From: Antechinus flavipes
Taxonomy: Eukaryota
Length of the DNA: 64,000 nucleotides
Assembly: GCF_016432865.1 (NCBI RefSeq)
Contig: NC_067399.1
Span: 569,284,001-569,348,000 of the forward strand
Reading direction: 5' to 3'
The translations under genes and the position numbers were made by a program. The stretch's first letter is position 1. Each line of letters begins with the position of its first letter. Positions 13,886-26,899 of the stretch are shown here, one piece after another. The notes below the pieces were generated by a model, which was given only the letters and a program-made list of their open reading frames with translations, made no database searches and was not told the origin of the DNA.

Positions 13886-15105
13886 ATCATAAAGAGTTTT
13901 CAACATTTATTTCTGTAAGATTTTGAGCTCCAATTTTTTTCTCCCTCCTTTTTCTTTCCTTCCTTCCTAAGCAATCTCCAGCAAGCAATCTAATTTAAGT
14001 TATTATGAGCAATCATTTTAAACAAAAATCAAAACAAAAGAGAAAACCACAAGAAAGAAAAAGCAAACAAAAATAAAGGTGAAAGTAGTATGTGTCAATC
14101 CGCATTCAGTCTCTACAATTTTCTTTCTGGATGCGGATGGCATTTTTTTATCCCAGGTCTATTGGAACTGTCCTGGATCATTATATTGCTAAGAGAGGCT
14201 AAGTCTATCATAGTTGATCATCATACAATCTTGCTGTTACTGTATACAGTGTTCTCTTAGTTCTGATTACTTCACTCAGCATCAGTCCATGTAAGTCTTT
14301 TCAGCCTTTTCTGAAATCAGCCTGCTCATCATTTCTTATAGAATAATGATATTTCATTACATTCATAAACCATTACTTATTATGTGATGATCAACTGTGA
14401 TGAAGTTGGCTCTTTTCAACAATGAGGTGATTTAGCCAATTTCAATAGACTTGTGATGGAGAGAAACATCTGCATCCAGAGAGAGAACATGGGGAGTGAA
14501 TGTGGAGCACAACATAGTATTTTACCCTTTTTGTTGTTGTTTGCTTGCTTGTTTTTTTTTCTCATTTTTCCTCCTTTTGAGCTGATTTTTCTTGTGTAGT
14601 GTGACAAATCTGGAAATATGTTTTAGAAGAACTGCATATATTTAACCTATATTGTATTATTTGCTGTTTAGGGGAAGGAGGAAATGGGGGGAAAAGAAAA
14701 ATCTGGAACACAAGATTTTACAAAGATCAACGTTGAAAATCATCTTTGCCTGTATTTTGAAAAATAAAAAGTTACTATTAAAAAAGAAGAAATAAGAAAA
14801 CAATCTTTACATGTAATTAGGAAAAAAAAAGCTAGTAAGGAAAAAATAAATAAAATAAAATTACAAAAAAAAACCAAAACCAAATATTATTTCATTTTGT
14901 CCTCCTTGCAACTCTGGGAGGTAGATGCTATTATCATCACCATTTTGCAGATGAGGAAACTAAAATAGAGAGCAGTTAAGTGACTTGTCCAGGATTATAT
15001 AACTAGTTGTGTCCTGAAGCTGCATTTGAATTTAAATCTTCCTGGCTTAAGGTATAGTACTCTAATAACTGTACTACTTAGCTCTGTGTTTGTGGCATGC
15101 ATACC

Positions 15106-15260
15106 TGTGGATACATACATATATAAAATATGTGTGTATATATGTATATACATATACACACACAATACACATATACATGTATGTGCATGCTTGTTGCTGT
15201 GTATGCACTTGTGGGCATGTAAGTATATATGTGTATGTGTATATATGTATACATATAAAT
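15106..15260. repeat. TA/CA/TG low-complexity tract
   Basis: Alternating purine-pyrimidine tract that produces spurious ORFs on both strands. Confidence 0.85.
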
Positions 15261-17009
15261 ATCTATTTAGAAAACATGCTATAACAAACAATAAATTGGG
15301 CAAGAATGAATAAAGAGGAAATGAAGCTAGGATCACATGTGGATAATGGGAATATACTTTCAAAGGTCCTGTCTACTTGCTGTAGCAAATGCCTATTTTT
15401 ATGACCAATATTCTCCTGGTCATTTTATATAGCATGGAACACCAGGATATATATATATATAAAATTAGAAAAAGAGGATATATTGGGTAGATTCTCTATG
15501 GAAGATTTATACAAATACATACACAAGAATTATACAAAATAGGATTTTTAAAGGAGTTTGCACTAAATTGGCACTAAAATTTATGATTCAACCAAACTCA
15601 ACCTGCCCTCTTGCCTCTACAATCATTTACACAAGCCATGTCCTTACTCCCTTAAGCAATGATAAAGAAACGACAAAGTGATTACCTCTACTCCTTTGGC
15701 CCTAACTGGTCCTGAGCCATTATCCCCAAGGGCATCTTAATGTCATCTGCCCGCTCCTGGAAATTGTCTTCCTCTACTTCAGTACCCTACTCAATCTACT
15801 ATTTTTTCTTCAGTTTTTTAGGTATTAAAGAGGTCAAGGATCAGGAGTTATTGTTATGCCACAAGAAATAGTATACCACAGTTCTCTGGATCACAAATCA
15901 CTCCTTTCTGAGTATGTCTATTTTGTGTTGCTACAGGGCCTGCAGATCTTTCACATGAGACACTCAAGGTCAGCAATAATGCGGGAATGCAATGACTCAG
16001 AGAGTATTCTGAAGTCTTCCCATATCTTGTATAAGCATCTTCCCCAACTCCAATTCAACTTGACCTAGGAAATGTATTGTCTATTTGTGTCTTTGGTCAG
16101 AAAGAAGAATGAACATAGTCGTTATTCTCCATTGCTACTGCTTCTAAACCATTAGAGTATCAACATTCCTCAATGACATCTCTTGTTTTAAGGGATATTT
16201 AATCTTCAAAATTTATCATCATTACCATTAACAAAATGGAGTAGATTTCTAACCTATATTCTTGATCCCACAGCTCTCTTACCTCCTTCAGGACCTTGTT
16301 GCAATAGTCATCAACTTCCTTTGATGTGTTAATTAGTTCAAAACTATTGTGCACTATGCAGTTATCCAAGACAATTCCAATAAACTTGGGATGAAAATAC
16401 CAATTGCATTCAGAGAACTATAGAGACTAAATATGGATAAAAGCATAGTATTTTCACCTTTAAAAAAAAAAAAAACTATTGTGTATCAAACTCCAGTCAA
16501 CCACAAAACCAAACATATATTTAGAACTATTTACACTGCAGCACAATTTTCAACACATAGTGTATCCAAGGTTTCTTCTGGTCTTCTCTATTTGTTCATT
16601 TATGACTTTATTTATATTTCAATTTCTCTCTCTACAATGGCTCCTACAAATCCCTCAGGTCTTCAAAACTATTAAAGAAATCCTTTCTTTGACCTTTCTC
16701 TTCTCCTTTCTTATTTATTAGTAAACTTCTTGAAAAAGTTGCCTAAATCAATATCCACTTCTGAGGATTGATGAGAAATCAATACACAAATCATTATTAA
16801 ACTCTTTATATGTCAGGCTCTGGGGATACAAATACAATACAAATACAATATAAAAAAGGAAGACAGTCTCTACCCTCAAAAACTTATATTACAAAAAAAA
16901 AAAAAAACTTATATTACACTAAAGGAAAACAACATGTTCAAAGGTGAATAAATGTGGATTATAAACAAAATAAGTATACAGAGATTTGGCAGAGAAATGA
17001 GAGTACTAA

Positions 17010-17650
17010 TGATGAGAGGAACCCTGAAACTGTCCTCTGACTTTGGGGGAGAAGCCATGGGTATGAATTCCTGAAACTCTACTTGAACTCTTGAGAAACT
17101 CTTGGGGAGAGGCTAGCCTCAGGAAATCAAGATAAAGTGGCTTTATTCTGTTATCTTGATGGGACTAGCAGCACCCTCCAGTGAGCTGAAAATTAGTTCA
17201 GGACCACTCCTACTTAGCCTGAACTTAAGTAGTCTCATTCTACTGGAAATCTAGGTCTGGAGGCAGTGATCTCATTCAATTGATCTCTTATAAAAAAGGT
17301 AATATTAAACTCATAATTTGCAGAGGCCCAAAGCAGGACCACCCATTGCCAAGGAACCTCTCTCTCTCTTTGGCATAGGTGCCTGTCAGGACTCCTGCCC
17401 GCTGTAAAGACATTCTCTTCTCAGTGTCAACACCTCTGTTTATCTTTCTGCCAGGATTTCTCTGCTAGGGCCTTTATCTCTCTTCCAGGACTGACTTCTC
17501 AGTGCCAATATAAAACTTCCCTTTTGCCAGTCAAACTTTTTGGGTTCATGAATTCTTTCACGTTGAACCTACGCTGACCAGAAGGGGATTCTCACAGCTC
17601 AACTCTCTGTACTGCCACTAACCACATCATTTGGGTCCCTAACCATATCA
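17010..17650 (+). mobile_element. Solo LTR (ERV1-like)
   Basis: Starts TGATGAGAGG and ends CCATATCA, with 4-bp TSD CTAA at 17006-17009 and 17651-17654. TATAAAA at about 17289. Confidence 0.8.
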
Positions 17651-18808
17651 CTAACAAGTGAGGAAACAGAAAAAAAGCTTTTTGAAGGAGGTAGTACTTG
17701 AGCTGAGCTGAGAGCATCTCTAAGATGAGAGATAAGAGATTCCAAGCAATAAAAACAATGCCTGAAACAGAGTAAAAGCCTTCAGTAAACTTGTTGACTG
17801 ATTGGCTCCTTTCAGCATAGAAGTGGCAGACTATGGGGTGTGAAATGACTCATATGTATTGTCAGTGTATATATTTATTTTCTTTCGTATCTCTGTATTA
17901 GAATGGAGAGAAAAAGAGCAAGAGAGAGAAAATGTGTGTAAGTAATGACAGCAATATTTTTTAAAAGAATCAATGAAATATTTTTAAAAGATATCTACAT
18001 CTGAGACCACTGCTTCTTTATTACCTACTCTCTCCATCAATTTCTTGCCAACAATCATTTGCTATCATCACTTCACTGAAACTACTCTCTCTATGGTCAA
18101 AATGACTTCTTAATCCCAAAATTCAAAAGCCTTTTTCTTTTTCTTCATCATATTCATAGATTATTATCTACTTCTATTTTTTATTTCTTCCCATATCTTC
18201 AGAAACACACTCCTCATACATGTTTATATACCTTTTCCAAGAAAAAAATTGTTTAAATATAATTTCCCATTGTAGAAATCATGTTGTCTTTCTCCTAAAA
18301 ATATGTGTTTTCAAAGATTCAACCCTTTACTATATATTCTACAAACCTGCCTGATATAATGGACTATAACTTCCATGGTCTTTCTCGTAATCTCTATCAT
18401 ACATAATTTGCCATTCTCACTGGCACATGGCTAACAAGAAGTTTTATATTTTGGCCAATAGTCACACTTTAATCCTTTTTCATTCTGGGAATTATAAAAT
18501 TTCAAGGATATGTCATTTAGTCCTGCTGATAATGTGGTCTCTAATTTGTTGATCTGATTTAAACTATGCAAAACAATCACCACAGTTTGATCTAGTATAT
18601 CCAACTATTTCCAAAAGAAATCTGAAAATACAAATCTCCTTAACTTATCATTCAGTAAAGACCAAGGAACTCTATTTATGTATCTGTTTTTACCACTTCA
18701 GTAAATTTCAAGTTTCTTGAAGACAAGGACTGTTCTCTTCTCACATTACATTCTCACTCTAATATTAGGACAGTACCTTTTTGCATTTTTGTTGTTGAAT
18801 CAATTTTC

Positions 18809-20082
18809 TTTTTTTTTTTTTAATTTTATCTATCTATTTATTTACTTATTTATTTTTAGCCCATGCCAGGGTAATTTTTTATAGCATTATCCCTTGCACT
18901 CACTTCTGTTCCGATTTTCCCCCTTCTTCCCTCCACCCCTTCCCTCAGATGGCAAGCAGTCCTTTACATGTTGAATAGGTTACAGTATATCCTAGATACA
19001 ATATATGTGTGTAGAACCGAACAGTTCTCTTGTTGCACAGGGAGAATTGGATTCAGAAGGTACAAATAACACGGGAAGAAAAACAAAAATGCAAGCAGTT
19101 TATATTCATTTCCCAGTGTTCTTCCTTTGGGTGTAGTTGCTTCTGTCCATCCTTGATCAATTGAAACTGAATTAGCTCTTTTTATTGAAGAGATCCACTT
19201 CCATCAAAATACACCCTCAAACAGTATCGTTGTTGAGGTATATAATGATCTCCTGGTTCTGCTCATTTCACTTAGCATCAGTTCATGTAAGTCTTGCCAG
19301 TCTTTTCTGTATTCATCCTGCTGGTCATTTCTTACAGAACAATAATATTCCATAATGTTCATATACCACAATTTACCCAGCCATTCTCCAATTGATGGGC
19401 ATCCACTCAGTTTCCAGTTTCTGGCCACTACAAACAGGGCTGCCACAAACATTTTGGCACATACAGGTCCCTTTCCCTTCTTTAGTATCTCTTTGGGGTA
19501 TAAGCCCAGTAGAAACACTGCTGGATCAAAGGGTATACACAGTTTGATAACTTTTTGAGCATAGTTCCAAATTGCTCTCCAGAATGGCTGGATGTGTTCA
19601 CAATTCCACCAACTATGTATCAGTGTCCCTGTTTTCCCACATCCCCTCCAACATTCTGCGTTATCTTTCCCTGTCATTCTAGCCAATCTGACAGGTGTGT
19701 AGTGGTATCTCAGAGTTGTCTTAATTTGCATTTCTCTGATCAATAATGATTTGGAGCATATTTTCACAGGTCTATAAATAGTTTTAATTTCATATTGTAT
19801 CTAGGATACACTGCAACATATTTAACATATATAGGACTGCTTGCCATCTAGGGGAGAGGGGGAGGGGAAAAATCAGAACAGAAGTGAATGCAAGGGATAA
19901 TGTTGTAAAAAAAATTACCCTGGCATGGGTTCTGTCAATAAAAAGTTATTAAAAAATTTAAAAAAGGAAGAAAGAAAGAAAGAAAAAATAAATTAAAAAA
20001 ATTAAATAGTTTTAATTTCTTCGTCTGAGAATTGTCTGTTCATATCCTTTGACCATTTATTAATTGGAGAATGGCTTGATTT
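18809..20082 (-). mobile_element. 5'-truncated young L1 (ORF2 C-terminus + 3'UTR)
   Basis: ORF 19204-19767 is the L1 ORF2 C-terminal Cys-rich region (CWRGCGKTGTLIH). Poly(T) at the left end; 14-bp TSD TTGAATCAATTTTC at 18795-18808 and 20083-20096. Confidence 0.93.
19792..20002 (+). mobile_element. Short L1 3' end nested inside the 18809-20082 L1
   Basis: L1 3'UTR terminus plus A/GAAA tail; 17-bp TSD TAAATAGTTTTAATTTC at 19775-19791 and 20003-20019. Confidence 0.88.
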
Positions 20083-21041
20083 TTGAATCAATTTTCAATC
20101 AATCCAACTCTTCATGACCACAATTGGGATTTTCTTGGCAAAGATACTGGAGTGATTTGCAATTTTCTTCTTCAGGTGATTTTACAAGTTGAGGAACTGA
20201 GGCAAACAGAGTTAAATCACTTGCCCAGGTTTACACAGCTAGGAAGTATCTGAGACCAAATTTGAATTCAGGTCATTCTGACTTTAGACCTGGTGCTCCA
20301 ACCGTTGCACTGCCTAGCTGCCCAATATTTAATATAAGTTTGTTGAACTCATTCATTCATTCAGCAAATGTATATTAATCACCTATTACATGCAGGAAAC
20401 TATAGAGAATACAAATATGAATGTTAAATGATCTCTACCATGAAGGAGATAATTTTCTGACTATTTAAAGGGGGAAAGATGACATGGAGATAAACAACTA
20501 TAAAACAAAACTGTCACATAAAACTGTCATAAAAATAGATAAATTCAAAGGAGGGAGAAATCACTTTGGGAAAAGATATTTAGGGAGGGAATACAGGTTT
20601 GTGGATAAAGTGGCATATAGTTTGACCTTGAGACTATATAGAACTTCAAATGAAGAAGTTGAGACAACCTGGTCAGGGCATGTTAGGGATAATTGTTAAG
20701 GACAATAGCAGAAAAAAATGGAAGAGGGAATTTCATGAATACAGGGAGAACAAGATATCAGAGAATCAGTGACTGAACTTGAATTGGGAAATTACATCAC
20801 AAAGAAGGGGTCCAGAAAATAGATTTCTTTGAGATTGTGATCTTGCAACACAAATATTTTGAGCACTTAAATTTAACATAAAGTGATAATCCCTAGTTAG
20901 GCAATTTACTAATTTAAAATTTCAAATGGCAGAAGTTCACTTAGAAATTTTTTCTTGACTGAGTTTAGACAAAAGTGTTATTGATTTAAAACTGAGAAAG
21001 TCCAATGGTAACTTGGTCTAATAGTGCTCTTAATCAGAAAG

Positions 21042-23650
21042 ATTTATATCTAAGTGGGAAAATTATTCTTCCAATATCCATAAACTAATAAGCTCTTATA
21101 ACGATAATAGATAGCAAAGAAAAAAGCATCCTGAATGACTAAGCCTATTCTAGCACAGTGTGACACTAGAAGGAAAACAGAGAAAGAAAAGAAACTGTGT
21201 ACATAATCACATTCTTCAACATCAAATAAAAGAATCAGCAATAAATTTATGGTCAAATGTTAGTGAGCAAAGGTTGGTTCCTACTGTCCAAGCAGCAGCC
21301 CCAGTCCAATTAATTTCTTCTCTTGGCCATTATGGCCAGGGCAACTTGTCAAAGCTGTCAGCTGTACAGACTGGCAACACATAACTGAAAGGTTTATTCC
21401 TACGTGAAATATTTCCCTGTCTTTTATCACACTCTCTTCTCTCATACCTTCTATTCTGTTCCTCAGCAAAAGCAAGGACTTCAATTGTCTATACAAGAAA
21501 GACCATCATATACTCTGTATAACTAACTTCTCTTTTCTAAAAGCAGAAAAATGTGACAAGAGGACCAGCTACTCTGTCAATTTTGCCCAACTCTTGTTTT
21601 TTTTCTGAGTCACTATTTGAACATTTCCCACAGCAATACAGTTTCATGGGAAGGATATAGATTTAAAAGTTTGTATCCTGGTTCCAACACTCATTTGTTT
21701 TACTTTTAGTCCTCACTATAAAAGAAAGAACAAGTATAACATAACAATAACACTGAAATCTTCTCATCAGTTTTATAATATTCACAGAATATTCTTTCAG
21801 AATTTAGGGTGTCAAATACCTAAAAATGATAATCTATCATTTGTGTTTAAAATTCTCATCCTAAGGAGGGGTTAACGTTTTTGAGATGGTTGTTACAAAC
21901 AATGACTGACATATTGTTGCCTTAGAAAAAGATGTTGTTGGCCGTAACAAGACACTTCCATTAAGTGTGCTGAATTGATATTATATTCCCATATTAAAAC
22001 TAATCAATGATTAGTTGATGAATATGGATTTCAGAAAAACCTGGAAAGATCTAAACTGATGCAAAGTGAAATGAGCAGAAGCAGGAAACCGTCGTACACA
22101 GTAACAGTAATACCATATGTGGATTAATTGTGAATGACTTAGCTATTTTCACAATACAATGATCTTAAACAATTCCAAAGGATTCATGATGAAATATGCT
22201 CTCTATCTCCAGAGAAAGAACTGATGGAATCTGAATGCAGATTATTATTTTTTACTTTCTGTGTTTTTTCCCATGTTTTTCTTCCCTATGGGTCTGCCTC
22301 ATTTCATAACATGACTAATATGGTAACATGTTTTACATGATTGAAAATTTATATCTAAGTGGGAAAATTATTCTTCCAATATCCATAAACTAATAAGCTC
22401 TTATAACGATAATAGATAGCAAAGAAAAAAGCATCCTGAATGACTAAGCCTATTCTAGCACAGTGTGACACTAGAAGGAAAACAGAGAAAGAAAAGAAAC
22501 TGTGTACATAATCACATTCTTCAACATCAAATAAAAGAATCAGCAATAAATTTATGGTCAAATGTTAGTGAGCAAAGGTTGGTTCCTACTGTCCAAGCAG
22601 CAGCCCCAGTCCAATTAATTTCTTCTCTTGGCCATTATGGCCAGGGCAACTTGTCAAAGCTGTCAGCTGTACAGACTGGCAACACGTAACTGAAAGGTTT
22701 ATTCCTACGTGAAATATTTCCCTGTCTTTTATCACACTCTCTTCTCTCATACCTTCTATTCTGTTCCTCAGCAAAAGCAAGGACTTCAATTGTCTATACA
22801 AGAAAGACCATCATATACTCTGTATAACTAACTTCTCTTTTCTAAAAGCAGAAAAATGTGACAAGAGGACCAGCTACTCTGTCAATTTTGCCCAACTCTT
22901 GTTTTTTTTCTGAGTCACTATTTGAACATTTCCCACAGCAATACATTTTCATGGGAAGGATATAGATTTAAAAGTTTGTATCCTGGTTCCAACACTCATT
23001 TGTTTTACTTTTAGTCCTCACTATAAAAGAAAGAACAAGTATAACATAACAATAACACTGAAATCTTCTCATCAGTTTTATAATATTCACAGAATATTCT
23101 TTCAGAATTTAGGGTGTCAAATACCTAAAAATGATAATCTATCATTTGTGTTTAAAATTCTCATCCTAAGGAGGGGAAACGTTTTTGAGATGGTTGTTAC
23201 AAACAATGACTGACATATTGGTGCCTTAGAAAAAGATGTTGTTGGCCGTAACAAGACACTTCCATTAAGTGTGCTGAATTGATATTATATTCCCATATTA
23301 AAACTAATCAATGATTAGTTGATGAATATGGATTTCAGAAAAACCTGGAAAGATCTAAACTGATGCAAAGTGAAATGAGCAGAAGCAGGAAACCGTCGTA
23401 CACAGAAACAGTAATACCATATGTGGATTAATTGTGAATGACTTAGCTATTTTCACAATACAATGATCTTAAACAATTCCAAAGGATTCATGATGAAATA
23501 TGCTCTCTATCTCCAGAGAAAGAACTGATGGAATCTGAATGCAGATTATTATTTTTTACTTTCTGTGTTTTTTCCCATGTTTTTCTTCCCTATGGGTCTG
23601 CCTCCTTTCATAACATGACTAATATGGTAACATGTTTTACATGATTGAAA
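21042..23650. repeat. Tandem duplication, 2 x ~1305 bp
   Basis: Copy 1 is 21042-22346 and copy 2 is 22347-23650. ORF-track entries repeat at a 1305 offset. I counted about 6-7 differences by eye. Confidence 0.97.
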
Positions 23651-25779
23651 ATTTATAACTCATCAAATTGCTTATCATCTCAAGGAAGAGGGAGGTAAGG
23701 GTAGGTAGAGAGAAAATTTAGAACTCAATTTTTTTTTAAGTGAATGTTAAAAATTGTCTTTCCATGTGACTAGAGAAAAAATAAAATATTAAAAAAAACT
23801 AAGAGCAAGTATAGGAACTCTGCTCTACATCTAAGGAAGGAGATGGAAAGGTGCTCAGATCAACCACACTTCTTAATCAGAAGGCTGATAGGATGTAGAT
23901 TTGGCTTTCTTTCCTACCTCTGGAACCTGGGTGAGGTCCTAAGTATTTTCTAGACCAAAAGAAAACCACTATAACAAAAAAATAATAAACATATCTCAAG
24001 TGAAGTTAAACCCACACCTTAGAGGAATGTCTATTCCCTAACTTCCCATCCTTGCTTCAACTTCAGTAACAGGAACAGTGAAACCAATTCAAAAGAATTA
24101 AGTAAGGGAAGTACAAATCCAGGCATTTTTATTGATGCAGTAAACATAGCATCGCCCAGTTTATGGACATATTATGTTCTAAAAGTTAATGTATAACTCA
24201 ATGGCTTGAATACATTTTCCTTTAAATACCATGTTTAAAACAGTAGATAAATCTCTACGTCAGTCTACAAGTCTATTTAACTCATAACATAGTTTAAATA
24301 TAGAATTAATGGTTATTATTTCATATGTACTTAACAAATATTTTATAACCATATGGGAAATTCTAAGTTTCAACATGAGACAGCATAAATACATCCCATG
24401 CAGCATCAGCAAGAACTCCAAGACAGGGAATGGGTTTGAAAGGAGGAAAAAAAATAATATGAAGTACCACTATGTCAGTCATTCCAGAATGTTTTAAATT
24501 AAGAAACAAAGGGCAGCTATTTTCAAACATAAGAGCAATAAGGAGTCTGGGCTATGACTACTCCTGCTACTACCTTTTATGTACGGACATTTATTAAGTG
24601 TAGTTTTCTACAAGGAACTGCAAAGTAATAGATAACATTTCACATAGTACTGTTTTCTAGATCAAATGTGTCAAACTTGCTGAGATTGCCATTAGATTAA
24701 AATGTAATTGAGAAATGCTTAACAAAATAAATAACAATATAATATAATTATAGATAATGTTAATTTGTGGTTTTCTAAGCCAAAATGTGGTCTAAATGGA
24801 ATGTCTTTCTATTTGAGAAATTTTTTTTTAAATTAACTGGCAGAAAGCTGGATTCCTGAGAGAGTGGTCTTAAATATAATAAAGAGATCATGTTCATGTT
24901 ATCTAATAAAGTAAATGACAAAAACTGTAATACCAATTAAAACATGCTAATTAACTATTTTTACTAAATCAAAAGAACTACAATATTATAGCATATAAAC
25001 TTCAAAAAAGCCAGGGATAAAAGGTAACTGTGAGTTTCTTTCTGTCATTCAGCACTGACTCCAGTGATATATGACAAAACTAAAACATAAAGCATTTTAC
25101 ATTTTAAAAAGGAATCTTTACAAAGGAGCCTATTTTCCTGACTCTTTCATGGGTTAGTAGGTTTTAATGGTCAAATGTTACATTTATAATGGACTTAGCC
25201 CAAAGTTTTAGTACAAAGAAGATGCTTAAGAAATGCTTATTTCCTTCCCTTCCTCTTTCCCCTTTGGCTTCTTCCTTTTCCTTTTCTCCTTTTAAAAATT
25301 CCAAGTAACTGCCTTCTGGAAGGACAGTTAATATTCTATGCTTGAAGATGTGTTAAATCTCAGTTCCTCTGGAAAGCTTAGCCATTCTGAAAAAGCCTTA
25401 GAGGGCACTCAAAGCAGAATCAGAAGGGCTTATAGTGCCAATCAACAAAAACTAGTGTTGTCTCCAGAGAGAGAAGAGTTATCTTAATTGCCTCAATTCC
25501 TTAATTAGTAATTTCCATATTTTAACAGAACACCAATTATATATATTTTAATATGAAGTGAAAAAAGGAAAGGATACAGAAATATTATATGATCCTCCCA
25601 GAGCCCCTTGGACCTCTTCCTATCCATAATCTATCCAAGCAAGAATTACTTCTTTTTATAGAGCATTTTATAGCTTTCTTTCTGTCTTTTTCCTATGTCA
25701 TTACTTGGAAGACAAGAATCATTCCCATCATAAGGAGAAGAATTAAATCTCTAGCAATCTTGAACTTTTTGTCTTTTTG

Positions 25780-26170
25780 AGGGGAGCTAAAACCTAGTGG
25801 AGGCATCTCTGTGTGTTGGAGAGAGACTGTGTAGGGGATGGACTGACTGAAGGGAGACAAATGAATGCAGCTTCTACAGTAGTACAGGGGAGAGTCGATG
25901 AGCATTTGAACCAGAGAGAAGGGGGGAGCTGGGAAAAAGATATAATCAGTAAGACTTAGCATTGATTGGATGGACATAAGGAAAGAGTTGAATCTCCAAG
26001 ATTACCAACTAGGTGACTGAAAGGATAGTGGTCCCTTCAAAATAAATAGGAAAGTTAGAAGGAAAGGATGATTTGGGGGAAAGATAAAGAATTTTGTTTT
26101 GAAAATACTTAATTCAATGCCCATAGGACAGCTAGATCAACATCTCCATTTGAGAAGTTGTGTTATAGGA
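25780..26170 (-). mobile_element. L2 LINE fragment
   Basis: Typical degenerate L2 3'-region purine-rich motifs. Boundaries are approximate. Confidence 0.55.
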
Positions 26171-26899
26171 CTGGACCTTGGATGGAGCCTAGGGGTCGAT
26201 ATGTCTACTTGAGATGATCTACACGGAGCAGTGACCAACTGAGAACACAGACTTGCAACCAGAGGTGAATAGAGTGCTAAGTCTAAAGTCAGGAAGATTT
26301 CTCTTCCCAAGTTCAAATCCAACCTCAAACACTTATTAGATGTGTGACCCTGGTAAAGTCACTAAACACTGCTTTCCTCAGTTTTCTCATCTGTAAAATG
26401 AGCTAGATAAGAAAATGGTAACCCATTCCATATCTTTGCTAAGGAAACCCTAAAGGGGAGTCATAAAAAGTGAGCCATGACTAAAATGATTGAACAACAA
26501 CAAAAACTACTGTTATCTTCAGGGAGAGAAGAATTATCTTAATTACCTAAAGGCCCAGCGAGTCCTTTAGGTCTTTCACTTTCAAAGGGGAATAAAGTCT
26601 ATCCTATAGTCAATGTGTGGTTAGTCAGTGCTTGCAGGCTGTTAATGGCAAGATCTTTACTCTTTTCTGTAGAGACCTAGAGAAAGCAAATTCTGATGTT
26701 CCCAAGGAAAATCCTGGATAGAAGTACAAGACATACAATTATTAATGAGAAGTCCCAAAATCTGAAAATGGTTTGTGTAAATATTAAGTTTTAATTCTAG
26801 GCTATGGATTATACATATAATCAAATGAACTAGTGTTGTGCCACAGTTCCTTTTTATTGTCCTAACTCAGTTTCCCTAATTGTCCTGCCTTGATTTCCC

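Noticed and set aside
13584-13886. 100-aa ORF resembling a nuclear cytochrome b gene
   Set aside because: It is a NUMT fragment running into L1 sequence, starting at TTG, with no promoter or exon structure.
14040-14800. Oppositely oriented L1 3'UTR pieces meeting at about 14383, considered as a twin-priming inversion or dsRNA hairpin
   Set aside because: Both pieces cover the same L1 region and are diverged, with no shared TSD. Two independent old insertions are more likely.
14995-15363. Overlapping ORFs in TA/CA-rich tracts (also 58560-59272)
   Set aside because: Low-complexity sequence lacking stops; the translations are non-coding in character.
21042-23650. Tandem repeats considered as a CRISPR-like or other prokaryotic system
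   Set aside because: This is a mammalian intron with two long copies and no repeat-spacer structure or associated genes.
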